DNA of 64,000 nucleotides from Octopus vulgaris (Eukaryota): positions 47,244,001 through 47,308,000 of the forward strand of contig OX597816.1 in NCBI GenBank assembly GCA_951406725.2, written 5' to 3'. The position numbers and the translations under genes are program-made. Below, piece by piece: positions 23,904 to 38,465 of this stretch. The notes under the pieces are model-generated. The model did no database searches and was not told the origin of the DNA. It worked only from the letters and a program-made list of their open reading frames with translations. How positions within the stretch are numbered: the first letter of the stretch is position 1; each line of letters starts with the position of its first letter.

Positions 23904-26023
23904 GGAGACAGAGAAAGCGAGAAAGAGAGAGAGAGGGGGGGGGCTGGTGAATCTTCAGCAAGACAGAATTGAATTCTGAACTGTAATAAAATAATAAGAA
24001 ACAAATGGTGCACTTTTTGCAACACTTGTGTATGAATTTATTTATGGTGGTTAATTTGATCTTAGGTCTTGGTAGTTTGTGTATTTGTGCATGTGTGCAT
24101 ATGTGTGTGTTTGTGTGTATATGTGTATGTATGCAGATGAGTGTGCAGCTCAGAAACCAGTATAGAAGTGATTCTATAGAAACTGTGAGAGGGAAGAGAG
24201 ACAGAAGGAGAGAGAGGGAGGGAAGGAGAGAGAGAGAGAGAGAGAGTCTATTTTTGGTCACTGGCCTTCCTCCTGTCTGAAACGGTTAAAGGTTTTCTTT
24301 AGAGAATACCTTTTATTGTTGCTTGAAGAAGGTAATAGAGGTTTCAAGTAGCCTGCAAAAAAAATTAACGAATGCAGGCTTCTCATTAAAACCAATCACT
24401 TTGACAACCTGTAATTATATTTAGAATTAGGAAGAGCAATTAGTGATTAAGCCCTCACCTCTCCTAACCACCCCCATCCCCGCTATCATTTCAGTTACTC
24501 AATGTTATCGAACTAACCAGCTGTATTGACTGGTCCATTTAACATGATCTAGTATGACTTTTCAATGACCATTTCTCTTGAATCATTCCTGTCATTAAAT
24601 GTTCTAAAGACAGCCTTGTTTCACATACATTTCCATCATTTCTGCAATCAATAATCTTCTTTCATCATTATATTCAGTGTAATTATCCAATTGCCCCCTT
24701 CTACTGCTATTATCATTTATTTATTTAAAAAAATTTTTTATTTTTATTTTTATCAGACAACCATTTTCTTAATAGCATTTACCAAGCAATCGTCATCCCA
24801 ATAATGTATACAGCAAGAAACAAGAACAGTGGACTATCAGAATTCTAAATCCTTCATCGATCAACTAATTATTAATTCTAACAAAGTTTATTTGTTTGAA
24901 GTCCATTTTTAAGGTTCCTTTTAGTTATAGTTTTCCTTTTATATCATCAGACAGACTGCACTAGAAAGGAAAGGTTAAGTTGAAACATTTATGTTATTGA
25001 GTGAATATAAGATGAACAGTTTTTTCTTGGAACATGTTAACTTTGATAATAGCAGCTCTTTAATTTAATGCTGTATTCAGTTTAATCAGTACGGCTGCTT
25101 TTCTTTGAAGAAGTGATGGAAGTTGTGGACTAGATTATTCAGTTATGACTGCAAATAGACAGAGCATCTTTTTCAAGCTAAGCATTTAATCAGTCATCTA
25201 GAAAAAAATAATTAATTATTGTTTTCTTGAATAATCAGTATCATCAACTTATTTTTGGTATAATTAAATTTACAGTCACGGAAAACTTTATTCCACAAGA
25301 GTTGTCACAAATGACAATGATATTACTGCAAAGCCAGCTTGAACTGTTATTAGCCAGTGGCTGGGTCTTTGATTTCACTTGAAAGAATCAGAATATAGCA
25401 TTATAAGTGAAAGATGTCGACAGTCTAAACCAGAGAAGAAGATACAAAGAGTGAGTTACTTGAAAAAGCTCAACCAAGAAGAGAAACCTTATGGCAAACA
25501 TGAATTTCCGAGGCTTTATTACTGGTGTACTGTTCAGGGCATTTGAACAATAATGTTCAAATCAATCTACATGGGTTAGTCAGTGCAGATGAATTATAGG
25601 TTGCATTTTGACTTCATGGTTTTGTGATAAGTAAAAGAAAAAGAAATTGATTCAGTAATATAGAGCAGCAGCTTTTTCTTTTTACTTGCTAGGTTTGGAG
25701 AAAGAGGCAGTGCCCATGGCCTTCACAAGTCTTTTGAGATCAGTGAGCTGGTTGCTATGAATGTTCTGCTTAAATTGTTGCAAATTGCCAACAACTGTAA
25801 ATTGAAAAGGAGAAAAAAAAAAAAAGGAGAGATTTCAAGGGGATGACATTCCAGGGAGGAAGGACTGGATGATTGGGTGTAGGGGTTAGTGCTGGGTCTG
25901 GGTGGGGTTAGACACACTATTGGTGATAGGAGGAGGAAAATGGGTGGTTTGGAAGTGCTGAATGGAGGTGGTAGGATAGCTGGTTTGAAGAGTAGAAGGC
26001 ATTGTTATAGGGATAAAAAAGGC

Positions 26024-26102
<79 letters not shown>

Positions 26103-26204
26103 AGAGTGGGAGTTGGCAGGTCTGGGCTAGAGGTTAAAGCATTTCTGTGAGTAACTTTATGCCAATAAATTTTATGGCCTTTCTCTGGATGCAACTTAGA
26201 ATGT

Positions 26205-26235
<31 letters not shown>

Positions 26236-26344
26236 GCAGCAGTACCACCTAAATATAGGAGCATTATTCCACTGTGATCTCACTTGAGCTTAGTAAAGGG
26301 TTATTAACTGTTGGGAGCTGAATATCTTATGGTTCTGAAGAAAA

Positions 26345-27000
26345 GGATCATTCTTATGGAGCATATTTGTTACACAGACGTTGCACATCCACTGAAGCAT
26401 ACTGATCTCATTTCTTTCAAGTATTTGCATGTCCTCTGCATTCACAGTCTAAGTTTCACAGCCATGTAACATTGCTGTCTTTACACAGGTGTCATACAGT
26501 TTACCTTTCATTCTGAGAAAGAGGTCTTTTGTTACCAACTACAGAAAAGTTCTCTAAGCTTCCTCCAGCCAATTTGTATTTTAGCAACTATACTTTCAGA
26601 GCATTCTCTTCCACTACTAATGAGGTCACTTAAATAATAGAAACTACCTTCTACTTCTAGGGAAGCTCCTGGGCATTTCAGAGCTTCTATTTTCTATGTG
26701 TTCTTACTATTTATTGCTCTTGCACATCAGTTACAAAGAAATTCTACTGTCCCTGTTAACATTCCTCTGATTCCACTGCACCACTCATGTGTCCATAGTT
26801 TGCTCTGAGAATACCTTATAGAATTTTTACTAATACCTTGCCTTACGTATGGAACAAGGCCATTTACCCAAAGGGATTTGTGTTCTTTTTGTTCTCCTGC
26901 TAAATCGAACTACAGTCTTTGCTAAGTTAACTTTCTCTTTGATTCTGGGTTTTATTTCAATACTTGGAATTTTAATTCTAATTCTTCTACACTTTATATA
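26345..27000 (-). mobile_element. Old RTE LINE RT C-terminal relic
   Basis: Minus strand homologous to ~9100-9700 (VNLAKTVV..GKWPCSI; KGKLYDTCVKTAMLHGCET-like). Confidence 0.85.
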
Positions 27001-27869
27001 TTCGTGGCAGTCTTCCAACTTTTCTGTCTACTAAATTCACTAATTCTCTCACAGGCCATTGGTTCACCTGGGGCTATGAAGTAGGACTGAGCCTAAAACC
27101 AAATGGTTGCCAAGCAAAGCTTCTTAACCACACAGCCAATGTTATACAAACATTACCAATACACTGTATTTGCACATACATAACTGTTTTCATACACATT
27201 TTTATACAGACACAGACAGATACATACACACACACACAACTGTTCACAAATATGTATTTACATTCAAGTACATAACTATAGATACAATCGAACATACTTT
27301 GTGGAAAGTGGTTTTTCCCACACAGACACAATCATGACAAGTTATTGTTTAAACCATTTATTCATAGACAATTTCGGTGAACACTTGAGTTCTGGCAATA
27401 TTTGAGCATCTGAATTGCATTCATATTAACTTTTTCATATTCACATGATGAATTGTATTTGACTTCATACATTTTTTTCTAATTCCATTCTTACTGTTGA
27501 TATTTTCCTTATCATTTGTGGCACTGTGTTTTATTGAACATTTTAACTGCACATATTTTTGTTATATAACGTACCTTTGTATAACTTTACTTACGTTCAC
27601 TATCTGTCATCCATTGTGTTCAGCTTGCTTTTATTTGAAAGAATAAATTGACCATGTTGGTCTACATCAGAATTTTTCTGACTTACTACCTCGCATTCCT
27701 GATGACGTGACACATCTCCGGTCAATGATATCTCTTTTTTTGGCCTTTCATGATGTGATCTTTTCTTTTTTAGTCTTCATTCTGAATATAATTGCAGTAG
27801 GTTTCAACCTCTACTCTATTTTAGAGCCATAAGAATTCATAAGTTCAGTTTATGAAGCATTAAGTAGAG

Positions 27870-28315
27870 GTCTAAATCCACATTGATGTATTCCTGAGAT
27901 CTAAGCAATATCTACCAGACACTTGAAACCAGTAGAGCAGGTTTGAAAGACTTTTGCACCACCCTCTCTTATCAGCTACTTCCACATGATTCCTGTGTAT
28001 GTCACTAATGTAAGTTGCCCACTTACATTGCTGAGGGAGATTTTCCTGGAAAGCTTTGAGGTATCTGAAGATATCTGACCTTGCAATGTCTACAAGTGCA
28101 TAAATGGCCACCAGTCTGAAAGAACTTCTACCTCAACTGCTGGTACTACTGACTCTAGAAAGATTGTGTATGTCTCTTCGTCTATGTCATTTTAGAATAG
28201 TCTGCCATGCCAGTTAATCCAGACTGGCTGTAAAATATGTTGACCTTGTACTTGAACAGTATGGGAGCAAGCAAGTTTCACAAAACCTGGTCTTGCTGGT
28301 CGCCAGAAACCTGGA
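27870..28315 (-). mobile_element. L1/Tx1-like LINE endonuclease-region relic
   Basis: Minus strand RSSFRLVAIYALVDIARSDIFRYLKAF resembles the APE 'FRLVAVYAP...DFF..L' motif; heavily decayed. Confidence 0.55.
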
Positions 28316-28342
<27 letters not shown>

Positions 28343-28346
<4 letters not shown>

Positions 28347-28785
28347 CCTTTACTTGTTTCAGTCATTGGATTGTAGCTATGCTGTAGCACCACTATAAAG
28401 GGTTTTTAGTCGATCAAATCAGCCTCACTGCTTATTTTTTAAATCTGATTCTTATTCTATCAGTCTCTTTTGCCAAAACTGCTTAGTTATTGGGATGCAA
28501 ACAAACCAATACTGGTTCTCAAACGATGTGGGGAGGGACAAACACAGACACAAACACACATGCATATACACAAAATACCACACAGTCATTTATACATACA
28601 CACACCCATATTATTTATATATGATGAGCGTCCACACAATTTCCATTAACCAAATTCACTCACAGGGCATTTGGTCAGCCCCAGGGCTATAGTAGAAAAC
28701 TCTTGCACAAGATATTGCACAGTGGAATTGAAACTGAAGCCAAGTGGTCGCAAAGCAAGCTTCTTAAACCACTCAACCATGCTTC
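28343..28785 (-). mobile_element. CORE-type SINE
   Basis: Tail tttacttgtttcagtcattgg; head gcaagcttcttaaaccact. Confidence 0.8.
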
Positions 28786-29527
28786 AAATTTTGAATATAT
28801 AGAAATCAATAAGCGTCATTCATTGGAGAAAGTTTCAGCTAATGATCCATAACTTAAATTAGTGCAGAATAAAATATTTGGCACAAAAATAGCTTGCCTT
28901 TTTTTAGGTAGAATAATGGAGAATTGGATTGCCCTGTTAATCCACTGATATTAAGTCTGTTAATTGTTTAAAAGGAAAAGGTAATTGAAGAATGCTTAAA
29001 TTTGCAAATCAAGTTTAGGAATCTCAGAAGTGAAAGTGAAGCACAGCAAATCTTTCCCTGCATTTTAACTAATTCAAAGGAAAGCTTGGATATTCAGCTC
29101 CACAAGAGGAATTTTTCTCTCCATATAATATGCTATTTTCTACAAGCAGTTACACTTTTGCACTGCACAGGCCACAACATTAAGTTAACACTAGCAATAA
29201 TTTTATTTAGAAAACAGCAAAAAACTGAATTCAGATTATGGTGATGATTATTATCATTGAATACTTGCTGATGGTAATGTCTGGTTTAAAGAAATTTATA
29301 CTTAATATATATTTTAGGTGCAGGCATGGCTGTATGTAAAGGCACAGGTGGTGCTATGTGGTAAGAAGCTAACTTCCCAACCATATGGTTCTGGGTTCAG
29401 TCCCACTGCATGGCACCTTGAGCAACTGCCTTCTACTAAAGCCTCGGGCTGACCAAAGCCTTGCAAGTGGAGTTAGATGGAAACTGAAAGAGGACTGTCA
29501 TATATATATATAATTATATATATATGT

Positions 29528-29776
29528 ATAGAATGGTTGTATACTGTCAATCTAACATGAATGTGACAGTAAGGGATTACACCACCGCTGTTTAGCCCTA
29601 GGAAGCATCGACGCTTCCTGATGGCTTTGACACATTTTGTTTCCTGTGCCCTTATATATTTACGAAGGGGAGACAAACACCCCCAGCAGCCAGGCCTGCT
29701 TCCTAGAGCTAAACAGCAGTGGTGTAATCCCCTACTGTCACGTTCACGTTAGATTGACAGTATACAACCATTCTAT
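29528..29776. repeat. Fold-back insert A: 80-bp inverted arms (29528-29607 / 29697-29776)
   Basis: atagaatggttgtatactgtcaatctaac...ctaggaagca versus tgcttcctag...gttagattgacagtatacaaccattctat. Confidence 0.9.
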
Positions 29777-29839
29777 CGCCCCACCACCGTACATATCTCT
29801 ATGAGATATTTAGAAATTTAATATTTCTGATATATAAAT

Positions 29840-30247
29840 ATAATATAAATAATATATAAATATATGCATATATACATACATGTATGTACATACCTACATA
29901 TGTATGTATATATACATGCATATATGGGTACAGGACATCAAAAAAATGTTGAACACAATGAGAAACAAAAACAAAAACAAAAACATAGAAACAAACTTTT
30001 TTTTTAAACAACGAAAAAAACAGAGAAACAAGAAATACAACACAAGGAATATTCCCCTTCTTCAGTTGTCCCTGTTTCATCTACTACATTCGTTTCAATG
30101 TTTTTGTTTTTATGTTTTTGTTTTTCATTGTGTTCAACGTTTTTTTTGATGTCCTGTACCCATATTTGCATGTATATATACATATATATGTAGGTATGTA
30201 CATATATGTATGTATATATGCATATATTTATATATTATTTATATTAT
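29840..30247. repeat. Fold-back insert B: ~148-bp inverted arms (29840-29986 / 30098-30247), pLTR-like
   Basis: atatgggtacaggacatcaaaaaaa..gttgaacacaatga versus tcattgtgttcaac..ttttgatgtcctgtacccatat. The spacer contains CTGAAGA and GAAAC pieces on the minus strand. Confidence 0.9.
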
Positions 30248-30284
30248 TATACGATTGAACACCATGCATCCTTTCCAAGTAAAT

Positions 30285-30325
<41 letters not shown>

Positions 30326-30852
30326 CTTTGTGTCTGTGTTTGTTCTCCTGCCACTACTTGATGACTAGTTCTGGTGTGCTTACGTCCCTGTAACTTAGCA
30401 GTTTGGTGAAAGAGACTGACAGAATAAGTGCCAAGCTTCAAAAAAAAAAAAAAAACACACAAAAGGTGCTGGTACCGATACATTTGACTAATGACTGAAA
30501 CAAGTAAAAGAAAAAGAAAAATATAAAAGATAAGATAATTTACTTTTTGCTAAAGAGGTCTAATTAGATTAAAACAGGCAAGGAGTTATTTCTCATGCTT
30601 GCTGAAAGAATCAAAATAATATTAGTCAGTTACTACTAATATTGGTTTCCACTCACTTCAGAATATTTTGTAGTCAGCTTTCTGGTATTCCTTGTAGCAA
30701 ATATATCAACACTAACTTTCCTATTCATATATCTATCCCCTTTCTGATTGTATAGATATTTCTAGTCGAAGTTTTAATTTTGCCCATATTAAATATATTA
30801 ATACTATCTATCTGTATATCTGTCTGTCTTTCTGACCATATAATTATTTGTA

Positions 30853-31364
30853 CCATAAATCCTCAAGTATAGTCTGCCCTTGAGTATAATACGCAATGGA
30901 TTTTTAGGGGGCTGTACCTCTGAAAAACCTAAACCTTGTGTATAATATGCACCCCTTCTCTAACTTGAGTTAAGGAGGTCTATATAACTTCCTTGATTTG
31001 TAAAACAATATACGGTAACATCCTTTATTATTATTGTATATATAACATAATGCAAACGTGTAGCTTTTTTGTGCATTTTATTTGCAGAAAATAAAGAAAT
31101 AACAGTAATAACATTTAATGAATGTTGCTTACTGCAAGTTATGGATGATTCTTTTATGACTTCATTGCTTTCAGGTTTAGCTTAAGGTATTTTCACACCT
31201 GACGTCACAAAATGCATCTGAATAAACATTGCCGGACAGCAAATAGAGACTCGAACATTGCTTAGAAAATAATTTTCATTTTTAACCTCGTATATAGTAC
31301 ACACTAGGGATTTTGACCTTTACATTTTGGGAAAAAAGTGCGTATTATACACAAGGATTTACAA
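30853..31364. mobile_element. pogo/Tigger-like non-autonomous DNA transposon, TA-flanked
   Basis: Ends ta-ccataaatcctcaagtata / gcgtattatacacaaggatttacaa-ta, with subterminal repeat gagtataatacgc. Confidence 0.7.
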
Positions 31365-31385
31365 TAATTAACTGTTTAGTATTCC

Positions 31386-32096
31386 TTAACTCTATAGTGT
31401 TTAAACTGGCCATATCTAACCAAATATTCTACCTGTTTTATGTTTAAACTAGCAAGAGCCAGCCTCTCATTCTTTTCCTACAATGTCATTCTAAAAATAA
31501 ATAATCACATTATTGAAATCTCAGAGCTATAAGATAATCCCTGATTAATTCAAAACAATTCCAATTTTGAATCGAAATCGAAATCAAATTCGATGACAGG
31601 CATCTTTGCTAGTGGAGCGCTAAGAGTACCATACGAGCGTGATCGTTGCCAGAGCAACAAGCTGGCCTCTGTGCCAATGGCATGTAAAAAGCACCATTTG
31701 AGCATGATCATTACCGTGTCGCCTTACTGGCACTTGTGCCTGTGGTACATGAAAAAACATTCGAACAAGGTCGTTGCCAGTGCTGCTGGACTGGCTCCTG
31801 TGCAGGTGGCACATAAAAAGCACCATTTGAGCATGGCCGCTGCCAGTACTGCCTGACCGGCCCTTGTGCCGGCGACATGTAAAAGCACCCACTACACTCT
31901 TGGAGTGGTTGGTGTTAGGAAGGGCATCCAGCTGTAGAAACTCTGCCAGATCAGACTGGAGTCTGGTGCAGCCATCTGGTTTGCCAGACCTCAGTCAAAT
32001 CGTCGAACCCATGCTAGCATGGAAAGCAGACGTTAAACGATGATGATGATGATGATGATGAAGCATTACATTTGACAGGGTAATTCTAAAGGGTTA
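31386..32096. mobile_element. piggyBac-like (TTAA) MITE split by an RTE 3' tail (~31570-32060, +)
   Basis: Starts ttaactctatag and ends ctaaagggtta. A related 3' end is at 41490-41567 (tgctaaaggattaa). The RTE tail ends in (GAT)n at 32060. Confidence 0.6.
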
Positions 32097-33617
32097 TACT
32101 AAATTCAATACTAAAGGATTATTCGCAGTTCTAAAGGGTTATACTAAATACTTGCCTTTGACTCCTCAACTTCATCTGCTGAAAAAATTCACATCCATCA
32201 TGCTACGTCCCATGATTTCAATATAGCTTATCTTGGGTGATTACATGCTATTTACCCCATAACTGGGATCCTGGGAGGTGCTACTACTCTGATCAGAGTA
32301 GAGCTGGTAATAACACTAGCTAAGAAGTGGTTCCACACTCTTCAAAACATTGGAACTCTTAAACCTGGCCCCACATCCGGATGTAGTCTAAAGTCATATC
32401 CCTCAGATGCTGAGTGTATGAACTGGCAATGAACTGTCAATCGTCAAGATCAACGACTTCAGTTAGGAAATTACTGCTATCATTTATAGTCATGGCATGC
32501 CCAGATGGGATATTTGTAGCTAGCAAAAGACCAAAGTGACTAAAACCTAGGTCAGACATTCATGCCACATCATTCGATTGGAATGGCTAGCATGGAAGTG
32601 GCATTGGTCCAAGCAAGTCACCTGTCCAAATGAAGATGATGAAGCAAAATATATTAACTCTAATTCAATTATTATAATCTTCATGTAGATAGCTTCAAAG
32701 AGTAATATATTCTTTGAAAATTTTTACTGTTTTATGTCAAATAAATGTACTTTTCCTCAATATTCCTCTCATTAATACTTCTGTAAGTATGGTTAAATTT
32801 ATACTTTGCAGAAGAGGCTTAATAAGGCAGAAACATCTCCATAGTTGTCCCCCTTATTTGCTGAAAGAAGCAACATGATTAATATTGTTTATTTTCCTTG
32901 TCATAAAATATTTTCTATTTAGTGTTTCAATGCTTTTTGTATCATATATGTTGACACTAACCTAACTATTGATTCAAAGGAGTGGTTAACGTCTATCCTC
33001 AATCATAGCACTGTAAGGCATTTATTTTTTTCGATACTGAATATCAGTTTATTTTATATCTTTATTTGTAGATGGACTTTCATTCTTCAAAAGCTGGAAA
33101 ATTAAGTTAATATAAGCAATGTTTAAATCTAAAAAAAAAAAAAAAAAAAAAATCATGTAAACATCAAACATTGAATTTAGAGGATGTTAAGTAGCAGAGC
33201 TGGTTGTTTTTAATGAATAATTGCCTGCGGTAATGTCAAATTTTAAAAAGCAGGACAAAAGATAATTTATCAAAATTATTCAAGATAGATTTGGCCATCA
33301 GCTAGAATGTCTTACTGTTTATATATACTTTCATTTGTCGTTGTTTGCCAGCATGGATTGGATAGATTTTATAAATGTTAACATTTACATACATTGGAAT
33401 AATTATGCACACAACTGGATGATTATCTTACAGCTAAATATTTAAAAGAAATAAGGAAATAAATACAGAACCCTTTATCTGATACAACATTGCAAGCCGA
33501 GGAATTAAAGATAATAGCCACAACATGATTTCAACTTGTAACAACTATTGTTTGCATATGGGACAATATATACATACACACACACACCACACACACACAC
33601 ACACACAAACACACACA

Positions 33618-34067
33618 TCTTTTACTTGTTTCAGTCATTTGACTGTGGCCATGCTGGAGCACCGTCTTTAGTCGAGTAAATCGACCCCCCCAGGACTTAT
33701 TTTTTGTAAGCCTAGTACTTATTCTATTGGTCTCTTTGCTGAACTGCTAAGTTACAGGGACATAAACACACAGCATCGGTTGTCAAGTGATGTTGCGGGG
33801 GATAAACACAGACGCACAAACACACACACACACACACAAACACACATACACACACACACATACATACATTTACATATATACGACTAGCTTCTTTTGGTTT
33901 CCGTCTACCAAATACACTCACAAGGCTTTGCTCAGCCCGTGGCTATAGTAGAAGACACTTGCCCATGGTGCCACGCAGTGAGACTGAACCCAGAACCATG
34001 TGGTTGGTAAGCAAGCTACTTACCACACAGCCACTCCTGCACCTACTTACTACACAGCCACTCCTAT

Positions 34068-34070
<3 letters not shown>
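33618..34070 (-). mobile_element. CORE-type SINE, near full length, with a short duplication of the head
   Basis: Reverse complement of 17772-18240; ctacttac(c/t)acacagccactcct occurs twice. Confidence 0.9.
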
Positions 34071-34110
<40 letters not shown>

Positions 34111-34112
34111 TA

Positions 34113-35120
34113 CAGGGTGTGATGGGCAAATTGTCATCATTTTATATTTTTAATTTCGCACATGCACATTGTTTGTTTTTGATTTTGTTGACTACACAGT
34201 ATAGTAGGGTCAGTTGGGTATCATATGTGAGAAAAATAGCACCATGACGCAATTTACTCTGCCAGAAATTTGGAAACGACATGTTCTACTGCTGGAAGCT
34301 CCAGTATGAACATTTCACAGTGCTTGGGTGTCAATCTGAGGCGAGTGCAGAGGATTTGGAAAGAGTTGGATGAGTCTAATGATGATTATGAAGGTACAGC
34401 AGCTTGGAAAACTCACTCTGATCGTTCTGATAAGAAAAGAACTCCTGAATTTATTTGTTGGTGAGATCCAGGCCATGATTAACAATGATCCCTCCAAGTC
34501 AGTCAGGTTCATCACCAAGGAAATGAGAGTGTCTGATTTTTTTGTCAAGCTCGTAGTGCATGGAGACATTCGGTATTCCTTATACAAGATGAGAAAGGCC
34601 ACACGGTCTCACACACAACATGGAGCCCTACACCAAGTGTCTGGAAGAAACAGTGTTGCTCTGGGTCAAGAGGGTGACTGCTGGAAGGCCCTATGTCTGG
34701 CAACAGGAGCCTGAACCATGGCACACAAGCAGGAGAACCCAGTCATGACTGTCAGACAATTTCTGCAACCATATCACCCCTGACATTTGGCCCCCTAACT
34801 CCCCAGACTGCAACCCCCTTGATTATTATGTGTAGAGTGCAGTTGAGTGAGAGACCAACAAAACTCCTTGTATTATCAAAGATGAATTGGCAAGGATTAT
34901 GGCAGCATTAACCAACAAGGAGATCATCCAGAAGAGTTGCAGGAGATTCCAAAGTCATCTGGAGGCCATAGTTGAAGCCAATGGCGATTTTATTGAATAA
35001 ATTTACTTTTTAGTATTTCAAGATATTTCTATGCAATTTTTGTAAATATATCTGTTAAAATGAGTTATCAGTGTTATTTTTATTTTTGTGTAATTTAGAC
35101 GACAATTTGTTCACTGCACC

Positions 35121-35123
<3 letters not shown>
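34113..35123 (+). mobile_element. Tc1/maT-like DNA transposon, internally deleted, TA TSD
   Basis: TIRs cagggtgtgatgggcaaattgtc / gacaatttgttcactgcaccctg. Relic motifs YVWQQ.., WPPNSPDCNPLDYYV and HLEAIVEANGDFIE. Confidence 0.9.
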
Positions 35124-35159
<36 letters not shown>

Positions 35160-35242
35160 GGTCCCGGGTTGATTCGGGGTTAACCACAGTAAATAAGGTA
35201 CTCAATACATAGCAGAGTAAAATTAATTTATTATATAGAAGG

Positions 35243-35293
35243 AGCTTCTACAGGACTAGAACTGTTTCATTCAAGAGAAATCTTCAGGAAGCT
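35243..35293 (-). ncRNA. Type I hammerhead ribozyme motif in a PLE-like module (~35158-35500)
   Basis: Minus strand: agcttc-CTGAAGA-t-ttc[tctt]gaa-t-GAAAC-ag[ttctagtc]ct-GTA-gaagct; 6-bp stem I and 4-bp stem III. Confidence 0.75.
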
Positions 35294-35504
35294 AGTTAAC
35301 AAGAATTGTATTGGCATTTATACATTTAGGCAGGTTTAAAGGGGTGGTGGTGGGGGACTTTTTGGGGGTAGGCATAGCGCAAAATATCATACTTGGGGGA
35401 GTGGTCAAGGAGTCAGTGGTAAATTAGATAAAAGAATAAATAAAAAAATAAAAAAATATATATAAAAAAGAATAGAGTTTTAGGTAAATAAGGAGATTCT
35501 CACT

Positions 35505-35832
35505 TATACCCATACACATATGTATACATATATACACACACATACATACATATATACATACACACATACATACACACACACACATATACATATATATACA
35601 CATACACATACATATCTACACATACACATATATATATACATACACTCACTCACATGCATACACGTATACACACATGTATATATACACACACGACCACACA
35701 TACATATACACACAGAAAAATATATATACATACACACACATACATATACACGCATACACACACATATCCACATACACACGTGCACACACAGCACACTAGT
35801 CCCTATATACACATACACACATATATATACAT

Positions 35833-35868
<36 letters not shown>

Positions 35869-36306
35869 GTGTACCTATACATACCTACACATACACACAT
35901 ATATATACATACAAATACAGACCCATTCCCTAATTTTAATTTTATTATCTTCATTTATTACTTTTGTTATCTTTGACCGCTGGTCCCAAGCATCTTGGCT
36001 ATGACAGCAAGTCCATTTATCTGTCTACTTGAAAACAAGCACTCATTCACGCACGCACACTCATTAGCACGTACACTTACTCATTCGTACACTCATACAC
36101 ATACACGCACGCACGCGTTATATTCATACATACATCTACATACATTCACGTATATACACATACGTACGCGTACCTACAGATTCATGTCTACACTCTTAGA
36201 AGGCTAGTCTATACATATACACCAATAAATATATATACACACACATACATATACACCTACATACAAATACATACATATATATATATATATATACATATAT
36301 ATACAC

Positions 36307-36347
<41 letters not shown>

Positions 36348-36528
36348 TATACACACATATATATACACACATACACATACATACATATACACACATACAC
36401 ATACATACGTATACATACATACATCCATACATACATACATTTATACACATACGCACACCCACACGTATACATTTACATACATATATATATATATACGCGC
36501 ATGCATACACATACAAATACATACACAT

Positions 36529-36573
<45 letters not shown>

Positions 36574-36880
36574 CACATACATACATATACATACATACAT
36601 ATACAAATATACGCACACACATACATACATACACATATACACACATACACATGTACATGCGTACCCATACACACACACACACACGCGCATCCATATATAC
36701 ACATAAGTACACACATGCGTAAAAGTATACATATATCTATGCTTACATATACACACACACACATGCGCCTCCTTATATTCATACTTACATGCATACTCAA
36801 AAAATAAGTAAATAATAAAATATATATACGTGCAGTTATTCATACATGCATACTCAAAAAATATATATATATATATACAC
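35505..36880. repeat. Compound TA/CA/TACA low-complexity tract
   Basis: Direct reading; source of many spurious ORFs. Confidence 0.9.
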
Positions 36881-37343
36881 ACTATGAAATGGTCAAAACT
36901 GAAATTCTTTTCCCCCAAGATCTTAGACCCCCCTTGGAGTAAGCATGCTGTCCAGCAGAGCCAAAAAAATTCTTTTCTTCTTCTTCCCTCCCCTTTTCCC
37001 TCTTTTTCTTTAGCACTCATTCCAAATACAAACAAACACACACACACACACACATGCTCTCTCCCTCACTTTCTCCTCATCCATCATCCTCTTGTACTGT
37101 CTTATATTCCTCCCCACCACTACAAACTCAATACCACTATAAAATGGTCAAAACTTTTCACACAGGAACTTAGTTTGATTTGAAAACCCCACTAGAATGG
37201 GAGAAAGCGCTAATACATGTTCTAAGTTATATGATGTATAAAAAATGTAATATACAAATAAATATCTGTAAATATAAACCATCCGATTTTCTGAATACCT
37301 CATTTCTTCTAATATAAAATACCTGTACATCATCTCCAAACCT

Positions 37344-37412
<69 letters not shown>

Positions 37413-37433
37413 GGTGTGTAACCATACATATAA

Positions 37434-37593
37434 GTACAGGCATGACTATGTAGTAAGAAGTTTGCTTCTCAATCACATAGTTCTGGGTTCAGTCCCACTG
37501 TGTGGCACCTTGGGCAACTGTCTTCTACTATATTCACAGTTCAATCATAGCCTTGTGAGTGGATTTGGTAGGTGGAAACTGAAAGAAGCCCGT

Positions 37594-37642
<49 letters not shown>

Positions 37643-37915
37643 ATGTATGCATATATGTACTTATGCATATATGTCTTTGTGTCTGTATTTGTCCTCCATC
37701 ACCACTTGACATCCCTGTAACTTAGTGGTTCAGCAAAAAATGGTTTGTTACGTCCTTGTAACTTAGTAGTTTGGCAAAAGAGTCCAATAGAATAAGTCCT
37801 AGGCTTAAGAAAAAATATAAATACTGGGGTTGACTTGTTTGTCTAAAATTTCTTAAAAGTGGTGCCCCAGCATGGTTGCAGTCTAATGATTGAAACAAGT
37901 AAAAGATAAAAGATA
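37434..37915 (+). mobile_element. CORE-type SINE
   Basis: Head, core and tail as in 17772-18240. Confidence 0.85.
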
Positions 37916-37919
37916 ACAG

Positions 37920-38465
<546 letters not shown>

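Larger units (their letters stand above)
29326..30530 (+). mobile_element. CORE-type SINE split at its internal microsatellite by two fold-back inserts
   Basis: Head and core at 29326-29495; tail at 30325-30530. Confidence 0.75.

Noticed and set aside
25380-25800. Possible host exons (open frame 25385-25545; acceptor-like ttttacttgctag at 25692)
   Set aside because: No recognisable protein similarity or consistent splice pair; RNA-seq would be needed.
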